This document shows positions 18,819-28,059 of a stretch of 60,562 bases of DNA, piece by piece (positions within the stretch are counted from its first letter, which is position 1; every line of letters begins with the position of its first letter). Both the position numbers and the translations under genes were made by a program. The DNA is taken from IMG/VR virus record IMGVR_UViG_3300032232_000510, positions 1 to 60,562 of that record; one strand, given 5' to 3'. Source of the DNA: a virus. Its lineage: Duplodnaviria; Caudoviricetes. Under the pieces are notes generated by a model. That model did not search any database and was not told where the DNA came from. It saw nothing but the letters and a program-made list of their open reading frames with translations.

Positions 18819-21716
18819 TTATTGCCGTGCCCAGCTAACCGTTAACGACCCGTTAGTACTTCCAGTCCCTAGTGTATAGGATACAGGCGTACGAAATGGA
18901 ATTGTCGGGTTTGCTGTATTAAATGATTGAGTTGGTGCAGCGCCTCCGGGGTTACCAGCGCCCCCAAGATTGCCAGCGTTTCCAGACACAGCGCCAGTTC
19001 CAGCAGTGCCCGCAGACCCTGCGTTTCCGTTTGCGCCTGCACCGCCTGCATTACCCGGAGAGCCGCCTGTAGCTCCACTACCCGCAGCACCTGTATTACC
19101 AGCAGTACCAGCAGAGCCCGCAGCACCCGCGTTACCCGGAGAGCCGCCTGTAGCTCCACTACCCGCAGCACCTGTATTACCAGCGCTACCTGCCGAACCA
19201 GCGCCGCCCGGATTACCAGCAGAACCGCCTGTAGCTCCACTACCCGCAGCACCTGTATTACCCGCAGTACCGGCAGCGCCCGCACCACCTGCATTACCCG
19301 GAGAGCCGCCTGTAGCCCCTGTGCCGTTTGCTCCAGCATTTCCTGCACTACCCGCAGCGCCTGCATTTCCAGAAGTAGCGCCAGTACCCGCAGCACCAGT
19401 ATTGCCCGCAGTACCCGCAGCGCCAGCGTTGCCCGCACCCCCCGGGTTACCCACAGAACCATAACCAGAACTTGCGCCGCCACCGCCGCCGCCTGCTCCA
19501 GCAGCAGCACTAACTTGACCTGCTTTTCCGTTGTATTGCATTGCCGCGCCGCCGCCGCCGCCACCACTACCGCCTTGTTGAGCATCTGGCGATGCAGTTC
19601 CCGGAGAACCGGATGCTTGCCCCGTGCTGTTATTCATATTTGCACCCGAGCCACCAGTACCAGCATAAGAGAGCACAACCCCGCCCCATCCACCATTACC
19701 TCCGTATGCATTGGCGATGCCGTAACCGCCGCTACCAGAACCTCCAGCAGTACCGGCTGCTGCATTTGGGGAACCCGCAGCACCACCTGCACCGCCGCCC
19801 GCATTAGCCCCCAAAGTGGTAGAACCTCCGGTATAACCTCCGCCACCAGTAGCGCCTTTAGGGCCACCATTACCCGCAGCCCCGCCCGTGCCATTATTTC
19901 CTGCATTGCCAGCGTTACCTATAGCCCCAGAATTACCCGCAGCCCCACCTGTGCCATTATTTCCCGCATTACCCGAATTTCCAGCAGCCCGACCCGTATT
20001 GCCAGCAGCACCGCCTGCACCACCATTACCAGCAGTACCGTTGTTTCCGGAGTTTCCTGAGTTACCTATAGCCCCAGAATTACCCGCACCACCGCCTGCA
20101 CCACCATTACCAGCAGCACCATTGTTCCCGGGGTTTCCTGAGTTACCTGTAGCTCCAGAATTACCCGCACCACCGCCTGCGCCACCATTACCAGCGGCAC
20201 CATTATTTCCGGGGTTTCCTGAGTTACCTATAGCTCCAGAATTACCAGCAGTGCCGCCTGCACCACCATTACCAGCAGCCCCATTGTTCCCGGTATTACC
20301 TGAAGTACCCGCGTTCCCGGGATTACCCGCTGCGCCGCCGTTGCCTGCTACGCCCGCTGCACCGCCAGTTCCCGCAGAACCTCCAGCAGTTCCGGGAAAA
20401 GTGTAGTTGACGTAAAAAATAGTGCTATTCCCGGGGTTACCCGCAGTACCAGCAGTACCTATATTTCCATTTGTGCCAGCAGTTCCCGCAGCCCCTGCAC
20501 CTCCGGGATTTCCTGCGTTTCCGGCTGTTGCTCCAGTGCCAGCATTACCAGCGGCACCTGTGTTGCCCGCAGCACCAGCATTGCCCGGGCTCCCTGCATT
20601 TCCTAATGTACGTCCAGTGCCAGCATTACCAGCAGCCCCTGTGCTACCAGCACTTCCAGCATTACCCGGGCTTCCTGCGTTTCCTAATGTACGTCCAGTG
20701 CCAGCATTACCAGCAGCCCCTGTGCTACCAGCACTTCCAGCATTACCCGGGCTTCCCCCGCCACCGCCAGTTGCTCCAGTACCTGCATTACCAGCAGCAC
20801 CCGTATTACCAGAAACACCCAAACTGCCTGCATTGCCTGCTCCGCCACCAGTTGCTCCAGTACCTGCATTACCGGCAGCGCCTGCATTACCCGGGCTTCC
20901 ATTACCCCCAGCAGTGGCGCCAGTGCCCGGGTTACCCGCAGTACCCGCAGTTCCATTAGCCCCAGCAGCACAAGCTGCACCCCCCGATCCGCCATAACCA
21001 GTTCCGGATGGGCCAGAAATATTTCCGCCTGTTCCGCCAGCACCCCCACCACCGCCTGCGCCAGTATTTCCGGGGTTACCCGCATTGCCGGGATTGCCCG
21101 CGCCACCCGCAGCACCACCTGCACCACCTGTGCCGTTATTCCCTGCATTGCCGGGATTGCCTGCTCCACCCGCAGTGCCGCCATTGCCACCTGTGCCGTT
21201 GGTGCCAGAGTTACCAATAGCACCTGCATTTCCGGGGTTACCTGCTCCACCCGCAGCACCGCCTGCACCGCCAGTGCCGTTGTTGCCTGAGTTACCTGTT
21301 GCTCCTGCGTTTCCGGGGTTGCCCGCAGCACCCGCATTACCGCCTGCACCGCCAGTGCCGTTGTTGCCTGAGTTACCTATGGAGCCTGCGTTTCCGGGGT
21401 TGCCCGCAGAACCTGCGTTACCGCCTGCACCGCCAGTGCCGTTGTTGCCTGAGTTACCTATGGAGCCTGCGTTGCCGGGGTTACCAAGAGTTCCGCCGTT
21501 ACCGGCAGTACCCGCAGCACCATTACTACCCGCATTGCCGGGGTTGCCTGCGTTTCCAGTACCGCCAGCAGTTCCGGAGTTACCTCTTCCACCAGCGCCG
21601 GAAACAGAAACTTTACGAACGCCAAAACCGAAAGTGTAGGAACTTCCGGAAGTTAAATTGACTGAACCAGCATTGACGATGGTTCGCCGTAAGGTGCTAG
21701 TAAAACCGATTGGCAT
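18819..21716 (-). CDS. Glycine-rich Gly-X-X repeat fibre protein (polyglycine-II/collagen-like)
   Basis: 965 aa dominated by G-N-A/G-A-A/G-N-P/G-T-G triplets; short beta-like segments at the N-terminus, middle (NSTIFYVNYTFPG) and C-terminus (GSLTVSW). Confidence 0.85.
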   Translation of the reverse strand: MPIGFTSTLRRTIVNAGSVNLTSGSSYTFGFGVRKVSVSGAGGRGNSGTAGGTGNAGNPGNAGSNGAAGTAGNGGTLGNPGNAGSIGNSGNNGTGGAGGNAGSAGNPGNAGSIGNSGNNGTGGAGGNAGAAGNPGNAGATGNSGNNGTGGAGGAAGGAGNPGNAGAIGNSGTNGTGGNGGTAGGAGNPGNAGNNGTGGAGGAAGGAGNPGNAGNPGNTGAGGGGGAGGTGGNISGPSGTGYGGSGGAACAAGANGTAGTAGNPGTGATAGGNGSPGNAGAAGNAGTGATGGGAGNAGSLGVSGNTGAAGNAGTGATGGGGGSPGNAGSAGSTGAAGNAGTGRTLGNAGSPGNAGSAGSTGAAGNAGTGRTLGNAGSPGNAGAAGNTGAAGNAGTGATAGNAGNPGGAGAAGTAGTNGNIGTAGTAGNPGNSTIFYVNYTFPGTAGGSAGTGGAAGVAGNGGAAGNPGNAGTSGNTGNNGAAGNGGAGGTAGNSGAIGNSGNPGNNGAAGNGGAGGGAGNSGATGNSGNPGNNGAAGNGGAGGGAGNSGAIGNSGNSGNNGTAGNGGAGGAAGNTGRAAGNSGNAGNNGTGGAAGNSGAIGNAGNAGNNGTGGAAGNGGPKGATGGGGYTGGSTTLGANAGGGAGGAAGSPNAAAGTAGGSGSGGYGIANAYGGNGGWGGVVLSYAGTGGSGANMNNSTGQASGSPGTASPDAQQGGSGGGGGGAAMQYNGKAGQVSAAAGAGGGGGGASSGYGSVGNPGGAGNAGAAGTAGNTGAAGTGATSGNAGAAGSAGNAGANGTGATGGSPGNAGGAGAAGTAGNTGAAGSGATGGSAGNPGGAGSAGSAGNTGAAGSGATGGSPGNAGAAGSAGTAGNTGAAGSGATGGSPGNAGGAGANGNAGSAGTAGTGAVSGNAGNLGGAGNPGGAAPTQSFNTANPTIPFRTPVSYTLGTGSTNGSLTVSWARQ
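19030..21485 (-). repeat. Four blocks of 81-nt (27-aa) tandem repeats inside the Gly-rich gene
   Basis: Recurring words at 19051/19132/19294, 20053/20134/20215, 20602/20683 and 21361/21442; all offsets are multiples of 81. Confidence 0.9.
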
Positions 21717-21728
21717 AGCAGCATTTCA

Positions 21729-22109
21729 CTAAGTGTTGTACTGGGTATATAAAGCTGGGAAGGCTTGAATTGCGGCAAGACCTGAAGCGTAACGAACTGG
21801 GGAGTACCGAGCCGGAACATCACTGTGAACTTCGGTATACACTAAAAATGGATATTTGGTTAACGCAGGCAATGCAGGTGCATACAAATTGTCACCAATA
21901 GCACGATCATCTGCCCACCACGTATTGACGGCATTTAGCACCTCTTGGCACTGGGAAATGTCGTTGTACATTAGCCGAGTAAACGGAATACCTGAGTGAT
22001 CCATAAAAGCTACGGCAGCAGTGTTTTCTGCTGCGTCACCTGTTACATCAGAGAAGTACAAATAAACTTCTTCAATTTTTTGAATAGACATAAAAAAATC
22101 CTTTATCAA
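21729..22109 (-). CDS. Hypothetical protein, possible glutaredoxin-like fold lacking CxxC
   Basis: VYLY...AVAFMDHSGIPFTRL...KYPFLVY; start may be 22091 (MSIQK). Confidence 0.5.
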   Translation of the reverse strand: MIKDFFMSIQKIEEVYLYFSDVTGDAAENTAAVAFMDHSGIPFTRLMYNDISQCQEVLNAVNTWWADDRAIGDNLYAPALPALTKYPFLVYTEVHSDVPARYSPVRYASGLAAIQAFPALYTQYNT

Positions 22110-24271
22110 GAAACATTAGCCATCGCAAACGTGCCGAAATACGACGTTCCGCTATTTACTGTAAAAAATGTCAATATATCAATTTGATTTGCTCCTGTTG
22201 ACAAAATAGGAGCAGTACCGTCAGTATATTTTGCACTAGTAAAAGTAGCAAGCCTACTTCCAGTCGCGTCCTGTTGGAGAATAATAGTCGCCGGTTTACT
22301 TCTTCCGGAGACTGGGGGATTGGTAAAAGTAAAAGTTACGTTTGTTGAAATCGTAAAGTAAAAAATATTACCTAGTGATAAGTCAATGTTGTATGTACTT
22401 GTAGATACGGTTGCCGTAACAACTTTTTCTTCGTATGACTGAAAGTATGGGGTAACTAAAGTAGGGGCTGTACCAAATACCGCCGACCCCGATCCAGTTT
22501 CATCCGTTAACGCTGATGCAAGATTTGCGCTGGAAGGAGTAGCAAGAAAAGTAGCAACCCCAGTTCCTAGACCAGAAATACCCGTGGATACTGGAAGACC
22601 TGTAGCGTTAGTTAAAGTTGCAGACGTTGGGGTACCAAGTACGGGGGTTACCAGTGTGGGGCTAGTGGACAAAACTAAATTGCCCGAGCCGGTAGAGGTT
22701 GTAACTCCAGTACCGCCATACGCTACAGCAATAGTAGTTGCTTGCCAAGTGCCCGTAGCCAACGTGCCTACGCTTGTAAGGCTTGAGCCAACTACAGTAG
22801 ACCCAAGCCCTGTTGGGCTTAACAATGTGACGTTATTAATCTTGTACGTTTTTCCGGTAGCAAGGTTCCAATTTTCACTAGAAGTCCAATTAGCGTTAGC
22901 GCTATCCCAACGAATAGTTTTTGTAGTTGTGCCGAGTAAATCAATTCCGCCGCCATCAGCAGTTGTGTCAGTTGGAGAAGCAACTGCACCCAACTCAATG
23001 TTTTTATCATCAACATTTAGCGTTGTTGAATTTACCGTAGTAGTTGTACCATTAACAGTAAGGTTGCCGCCTACAGTTACGTCGCTGCTTGTAGTTACGG
23101 TGGTAAAACTACCTGTAGTTGGAGTAGTAGCGCCAACAGTTCCATTAATGTTTAGAGAAGCCGTTCCATTTGTAGAACCTGTTCCCCCATTGGCAATCGG
23201 TAAAGTTCCGTTTACCCCGGCGGTAAGGGAAACCGTATTTTTTTCCCAAAGCCCTGTTACGCTATTAAAAACAATAGTCTGGCCGGTAGTTGGAGACTGT
23301 GCGCTTACATCGTGAATTTCATCAAGCTCATAGCCATTTTGAACTTTGACAAAAATTTTGCCTTGCGTTGGGTGGGCGTGTTCAACAACACCAACGTAAA
23401 CCAAATGAACTGGGGCATAAGTTTTTGTGCTTGTGTATGTGCCCGCAGTAGTCCCACTTAAATACAGTTGAGCGCCATCGGTAAATGCAGATGTGTCTAT
23501 CCCAGTAAGTAAGCCAATAATTGTTACGTACCCATTTGCATTATTCGCCAAATCAGCCGTCATCATTCCCAAACTTTGGGCAGATGTTGCATCAGAAGTT
23601 GCAAGTGCTTTAGAAACAGTAGGAATCTGTCCAGTAGCACCGGACATATAAACAACCGTTCCCTTTGTAAGGGTAGCGCCAGTTGTATTGCGAACTTGCA
23701 CAATCACGTTTGTGGTGGATGCCGCAACCGATACCGACAAATCTACCGCGCTTCCAGTTTGAGCAACAGTAACTGATCCGTCAGCAGATGCAACACTTCC
23801 AATAGCGCCAAGGTTAGTTAGCGCCCCACCAGTAGTTGTAGCTCCAGTTCCGCCACTAGCAACTGCAAGAGTTGCAGATAAACCAGCAGCAGTACCCGTT
23901 GTGTTCTGATTAAACGTAGGCCAAGTAAAAGTGCCGGTACTAAAATTTCCAGACACCGGAGTACCCAAAGCCGGGGTTACTAACGTAGCAGAAGTAAGGG
24001 TTGAATCTGTTGCTAATGCGAGTACAGTCCCCGTGCCGCTAGTTGTGTATGAAGTTCCCCATGCAGTTCCGGTGGAGTACGCAATACCCACACCGGGGTA
24101 AGAAGCACTAGTCCCGGGAACCCAAGCTGTACCGTTCCAAATAACAGTTTGCCCATTGGTGGGCGTTCCTGTTACTTGGAGTTTGTCGGTGTTGAGGTTA
24201 TTGAAGTTGTTGTCAACTTCAGTGTTCGTAAGGGGGCTACCCTTAACTGAACGCAGTGTAATACTTGACAT
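22106..24271 (-). CDS. Tail fibre protein
   Basis: 721 aa, Thr/Gly-rich; TLRSVKGSPLTNTEVDNNF, VASGGTGATT, GNLTVNGTTTTVNSTT, C-terminal IILQQDATGSR...IDILTFFT. Confidence 0.8.
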   Translation of the reverse strand: MSSITLRSVKGSPLTNTEVDNNFNNLNTDKLQVTGTPTNGQTVIWNGTAWVPGTSASYPGVGIAYSTGTAWGTSYTTSGTGTVLALATDSTLTSATLVTPALGTPVSGNFSTGTFTWPTFNQNTTGTAAGLSATLAVASGGTGATTTGGALTNLGAIGSVASADGSVTVAQTGSAVDLSVSVAASTTNVIVQVRNTTGATLTKGTVVYMSGATGQIPTVSKALATSDATSAQSLGMMTADLANNANGYVTIIGLLTGIDTSAFTDGAQLYLSGTTAGTYTSTKTYAPVHLVYVGVVEHAHPTQGKIFVKVQNGYELDEIHDVSAQSPTTGQTIVFNSVTGLWEKNTVSLTAGVNGTLPIANGGTGSTNGTASLNINGTVGATTPTTGSFTTVTTSSDVTVGGNLTVNGTTTTVNSTTLNVDDKNIELGAVASPTDTTADGGGIDLLGTTTKTIRWDSANANWTSSENWNLATGKTYKINNVTLLSPTGLGSTVVGSSLTSVGTLATGTWQATTIAVAYGGTGVTTSTGSGNLVLSTSPTLVTPVLGTPTSATLTNATGLPVSTGISGLGTGVATFLATPSSANLASALTDETGSGSAVFGTAPTLVTPYFQSYEEKVVTATVSTSTYNIDLSLGNIFYFTISTNVTFTFTNPPVSGRSKPATIILQQDATGSRLATFTSAKYTDGTAPILSTGANQIDILTFFTVNSGTSYFGTFAMANVS

Positions 24272-24296
24272 AATTCAATAACCTCAACGTAGTGGA

Positions 24297-24737
24297 TTAG
24301 CTGATCGTGATGGCCCAAGTAATGGTCATTGCATCCAGCGAACCCTTGTTGACAACAGAAAAGACAGTGCGGCACAGCAAAGTACCCGAAGTAGAGGCGT
24401 TAAACACGCCAGCTTCAGTAACAGCACCTGTACCAGTTCCGGCAGGGAACGAAGCTACATAAGTAGCAACCGCACCGGTTGCAGTACCAGAAGTCAGGGT
24501 AACAATACCCAGTTGGCTACCCAAAGCAGTGTCCGCAGCATTAGCAGCGGTAGTGCCAGCACCAACAGCCATGTGAGACATAACCGCAGGAGTCGTACCA
24601 ACCATACGACTAGCGATAAAGTTCTTGCCGAGCGTGACCACCAAATTAGGGATTGTTTGTTCACTTTTGACCGAGCCATCAGGGTTGTACAACTTGATCT
24701 GTACTTCACCGGTAGCTTTAATTGTATCTTCAACCAT
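24297..24737 (-). CDS. Virion structural protein (fibre-base-like)
   Basis: NLVVTLGK...MAVGAGTTAA...TEAGVFNA...FSVVNK motif typical of fibre-associated proteins. Confidence 0.6.
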   Translation of the reverse strand: MVEDTIKATGEVQIKLYNPDGSVKSEQTIPNLVVTLGKNFIASRMVGTTPAVMSHMAVGAGTTAANAADTALGSQLGIVTLTSGTATGAVATYVASFPAGTGTGAVTEAGVFNASTSGTLLCRTVFSVVNKGSLDAMTITWAITIS

Positions 24738-24749
24738 GATTTACTCCTA

Positions 24750-26027
24750 CTAGAAAGGGAAAGAAATGCCAACGTAATCAGACTCAAAGTATGTAAGGTC
24801 GCAATAATCTTGAATTATTATCAACCCTCCATCTGCCAAAGCCACCGAGTCCGAAAGCGGCTTATCCAAAAATAGACTTGCGGATTCCGCTACTGTAGCA
24901 GTATCCGCCTTATCCGCTGCGAAATCTACCACAAGAGAGTCATCTTGGGCGATTGTATCGCTAAACGGACGTAAAAAAAGTATGGCGCTGCTATCAGAAA
25001 TACCGGCGGTATCTGAAAAATCACGCGGAAAAAACGTTTCAACAACCGCAACATCTCCTGCGGACAAAGTTTCAGAAACAGGAGCCTGAACAAATTCAAT
25101 AGTAGAGGCGTCGGAATTGACCACCAAATCGGCAAAGGGGGCAACAGTGAAATCAATTGCTGTTGATTCTGAAACGCTTATGGTGTCAAAATGTTCTCGG
25201 TTGTAGTCCCAAACAGGGGTGAATACGTCGGACGCTGTTAAAGTTTCTGAAACTGCTTTGTCTGTAAAAAACGTTGTTTCTTCTGACAATGACATGGTTT
25301 CTAAAAAACCACGAATGAATGTGTTTTGGAAACTTATTGAGTCAGCAGCAAAAGCAACATTGTTTACACCTGAGTCAAATGTAAAATCAAGACCGTCAAA
25401 AAAAGAAAAAATATCGTTAACACCAACCCCGTCTTGCAATGTTTTATCAACAACAAATACAAGAGTTTCGGACTCACTAATAGTTTCAATTGGATTTAAG
25501 TTGTATAGCTGTGTAAAGCTTTCACTTAAAGAAAGCGTTTCCGTAACTGTTCCTTTTTCAAAACTTAAACTTGCATCTTCGGTTGCAGTAAGCGACTCAG
25601 ATAGTAATTTTGCAAACGCGGCACTAACTACCTCCGACAACAAACTTGTGTCTACGTATGTTGGGCTAAACAGTATGACTGGAGTTGAATCAGAAGAAGT
25701 AGCGTTATCGGTAAAGTTGCGGACTATTGTCAGTAAAATAGTCACCCCATCGCTGGCAGTTACCGAATCCGGAGAAGCAGATTTACTAGTATCTAACGAT
25801 ACAACATCAATAGCTGGGTAGGCTTCATAAAATTGTTTTGCTAGCGTAAGAATTGCAGTTTCAGTAGCTAACGCGGAATCAGTAATTTTTTTATACCGAC
25901 CTGTGGTATCCATCAGTGCTTCTACTGCAATGCTGACGTACGATAACGCAAACTCCGGAGCCGCGTGAGTAACGACTGCCGAAGGTTGAACGTACGTTAT
26001 CGTAGCCCCAACAGTAGACGCGGACAT
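24750..26027 (-). CDS. Acidic Ser/Thr-rich repetitive structural protein
   Basis: 425 aa with degenerate ~19-aa (S/T)E(T/S)L(S/T)xS(E/D) repeats. Confidence 0.55.
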   Translation of the reverse strand: MSASTVGATITYVQPSAVVTHAAPEFALSYVSIAVEALMDTTGRYKKITDSALATETAILTLAKQFYEAYPAIDVVSLDTSKSASPDSVTASDGVTILLTIVRNFTDNATSSDSTPVILFSPTYVDTSLLSEVVSAAFAKLLSESLTATEDASLSFEKGTVTETLSLSESFTQLYNLNPIETISESETLVFVVDKTLQDGVGVNDIFSFFDGLDFTFDSGVNNVAFAADSISFQNTFIRGFLETMSLSEETTFFTDKAVSETLTASDVFTPVWDYNREHFDTISVSESTAIDFTVAPFADLVVNSDASTIEFVQAPVSETLSAGDVAVVETFFPRDFSDTAGISDSSAILFLRPFSDTIAQDDSLVVDFAADKADTATVAESASLFLDKPLSDSVALADGGLIIIQDYCDLTYFESDYVGISFPF

Positions 26028-26028
26028 G

Positions 26029-26361
26029 TTAAAAATCCTGTCGTAACTTAAATTTTAATACGTCATATACAGTTTGAATTCCGCCGTCAGAGAAAGTAAT
26101 TTCTACTTCCCCTTCATAGTCACCTGCATCCCCGCTAAGTGCAGTAGGGGAGTCAGTCCAGAAGAAAGAAACTATTCCGTTTGCGGCATCAACTACAGAG
26201 CCAACCAAAGTGGCAGTTAACGTAGTTGCACCCACTGCTCGAAAATACAACCGAACTGTAGCCCCAGTAAGGGATATAGGTACGCCTGTAATTGAGTCGG
26301 TAAGCGTTGTTACAAGTGTGGGCCGAGTATCGCCTTGGACAAGTTTAATTTTTTCGACCAC
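26029..26361 (-). CDS. BppU-N-like virion protein
   Basis: QGDTRP...PISLTGATV...GDYEGEVEITFSDG. Confidence 0.6.
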   Translation of the reverse strand: MVEKIKLVQGDTRPTLVTTLTDSITGVPISLTGATVRLYFRAVGATTLTATLVGSVVDAANGIVSFFWTDSPTALSGDAGDYEGEVEITFSDGGIQTVYDVLKFKLRQDF

Positions 26362-26375
26362 GGTAATACTCCTTA

Positions 26376-27077
26376 CTAACCAGCTACAGCCGCGCCTGCG
26401 CGGTTAGGGTTACCGGCGGACACAGGCATAACACCAGTAGTTCCTTTAATCTCAATACCAAGTGCGTTTGCAAATGCCCCGTAATGGGCTTGAGCGCGTC
26501 CAGCATTGCCCGCATATTCAGCGTCTTTAGTGTACGCACGATACAAGATGTAATCGCCTAGCACATTGCTATAAATATCGGGCAAACTGATATTTCCACT
26601 TACGGCGCTATACAACGTTCCATCAGCAGGTTCCGTAATGTCCGTTGGGTACGCAGAGTACACAATGTCCAACTGAGCTAAAGTGGTAGCTGGAGGGTAG
26701 ACATAAAAAGTTTTTGGGTCTCGCGGATCATACATAAAATGCGTAATATCTACCGAGCCAGTTAAATTATGCCAGCCGGGGGTTTGCGCGTCTAGTATTT
26801 CCCGATTAATCATACGAACCGCTTTTTTGGCGCTAGTAGAAGCAACATTTCGAACAATTTCAATAAGCTTAGAGCCCGCACTCGGAAGTGTTTGTCGACT
26901 CCCCGCTACACAAGTCAACACTGCGTTCGTTACCATAGAGTCCGGGCGATACAAGACAACTTCGCGTTGCCCATCGTTAAGATATCGAACTAGCTCAGAA
27001 ATAGGCCAACGAACGGATGTGCTGTCTTGCAAGGTTTCTACTACCCTACGGACAATTGATTGTGCTGCAATAGTCAT
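26376..27077 (-). CDS. Head-tail adaptor (DUF6682-like)
   Basis: LQD...RWPISELVRYLNDGQRE...YILYRAYTKD. Confidence 0.65.
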   Translation of the reverse strand: MTIAAQSIVRRVVETLQDSTSVRWPISELVRYLNDGQREVVLYRPDSMVTNAVLTCVAGSRQTLPSAGSKLIEIVRNVASTSAKKAVRMINREILDAQTPGWHNLTGSVDITHFMYDPRDPKTFYVYPPATTLAQLDIVYSAYPTDITEPADGTLYSAVSGNISLPDIYSNVLGDYILYRAYTKDAEYAGNAGRAQAHYGAFANALGIEIKGTTGVMPVSAGNPNRAGAAVAG

Positions 27078-27085
27078 AAATTACC

Positions 27086-27718
27086 TCATGCAAAAGAACG
27101 ATAGCGGACAGACATTGACCCACGAATCAAACCATAATTACCATCTACCCGCGAACTAATTGTTTGTTTAGCAGCGGAGTCAAGTAGGTAGCGGGCTTGC
27201 GCAAAATTTGTAAACGGTTGATCCGGCACTTGCATTGCTCTGGCTATGGCTCCGGAAACAATTGGGTCAATCCATATATTGTAAAGGTCATCCTCTAACA
27301 ACGTAGCTGTTCTAGCGGGCCTTAAAGTTACACCAACTACCACCGGGTAAACAGCATCGGGTGGGGGAGTTAGCCGAAGAACAAAAACGGAATCGGCGCG
27401 GCTAGTATAAAAAGCAAGCGGAGTAGAGTTAGCAGTTGGCAAATCATTACGAACTACTTCAGCCATTCCGGCTGCTAGCTCTTTGTAATTTACTGCAACG
27501 CTCATCACACGATTAATGTCGTGCTGGATTGAAGGGGGGTCTAAATCGTACTCAATCTTCCCGGCCACGGTGTTGAACGTATCTAGATTTTGGCGAAGCG
27601 TAAGTGAGTTTTCGCAAAACTCAATAGCAGAATTTAAAATTACTTGGTCGGCGAAAGGCTCAGAGCATCCGGGCAAGTACGGAAGTACCCTTGGGTAAAA
27701 AGCGCTAAGAGCTTTCAT
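27086..27718 (-). CDS. Putative head-tail adaptor/connector
   Basis: 210 aa, downstream of capsid genes; LPGC...AIEFC motif. Confidence 0.55.
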   Translation of the reverse strand: MKALSAFYPRVLPYLPGCSEPFADQVILNSAIEFCENSLTLRQNLDTFNTVAGKIEYDLDPPSIQHDINRVMSVAVNYKELAAGMAEVVRNDLPTANSTPLAFYTSRADSVFVLRLTPPPDAVYPVVVGVTLRPARTATLLEDDLYNIWIDPIVSGAIARAMQVPDQPFTNFAQARYLLDSAAKQTISSRVDGNYGLIRGSMSVRYRSFA

Positions 27719-27726
27719 GATATGCC

Positions 27727-28005
27727 TTACTCGGTAGCTTGTACAAGTCCAACAGACGGTGCATCGGTAATTTCAACGGATTCTACCAGTTGTGCTTTAA
27801 CTTTGCGAGGTTTTGTTGCGGCAACTTCAGTTTCGGACACAGCTAAGTTGGAATGTTCGTTATACAGAGCTTGTCCAGCTTCGGTATATTCCCACTCTTG
27901 GTCATTCAGCGCAGCCACAATGACGACTTTGCCTTCAATTGTTGCGCGGACGCGGTTCATAACTATTTCGCCGCCTAGTCGTTCCATCAAATCAAATACA
28001 GTCAT
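27727..28005 (-). CDS. Hypothetical protein
   Basis: 92-aa ORF with GGGGA upstream. Confidence 0.6.
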   Translation of the reverse strand: MTVFDLMERLGGEIVMNRVRATIEGKVVIVAALNDQEWEYTEAGQALYNEHSNLAVSETEVAATKPRKVKAQLVESVEITDAPSVGLVQATE

Positions 28006-28020
28006 CTAGTTCCCCAAAGT

Positions 28021-28044
28021 AAAAAAGAGGGCCGAAGCCCTCTT
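28021..28044 (-). terminator. Rho-independent terminator
   Basis: AAGAGGGC-TTCG-GCCCTCTTTTTT on the minus strand. Confidence 0.85.
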
Positions 28045-28059
28045 AGTTTATACCACCAA

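Noticed and set aside
18869-21661. Long Pro/Ala-rich and other alternative-frame ORFs over the Gly-rich gene
   Set aside because: Expected stop-free shadows of GGN-rich repeats.
10712-24271. Diversity-generating retroelement or invertible fibre cassette
   Set aside because: No reverse transcriptase, recombinase or template/variable repeat pair seen.
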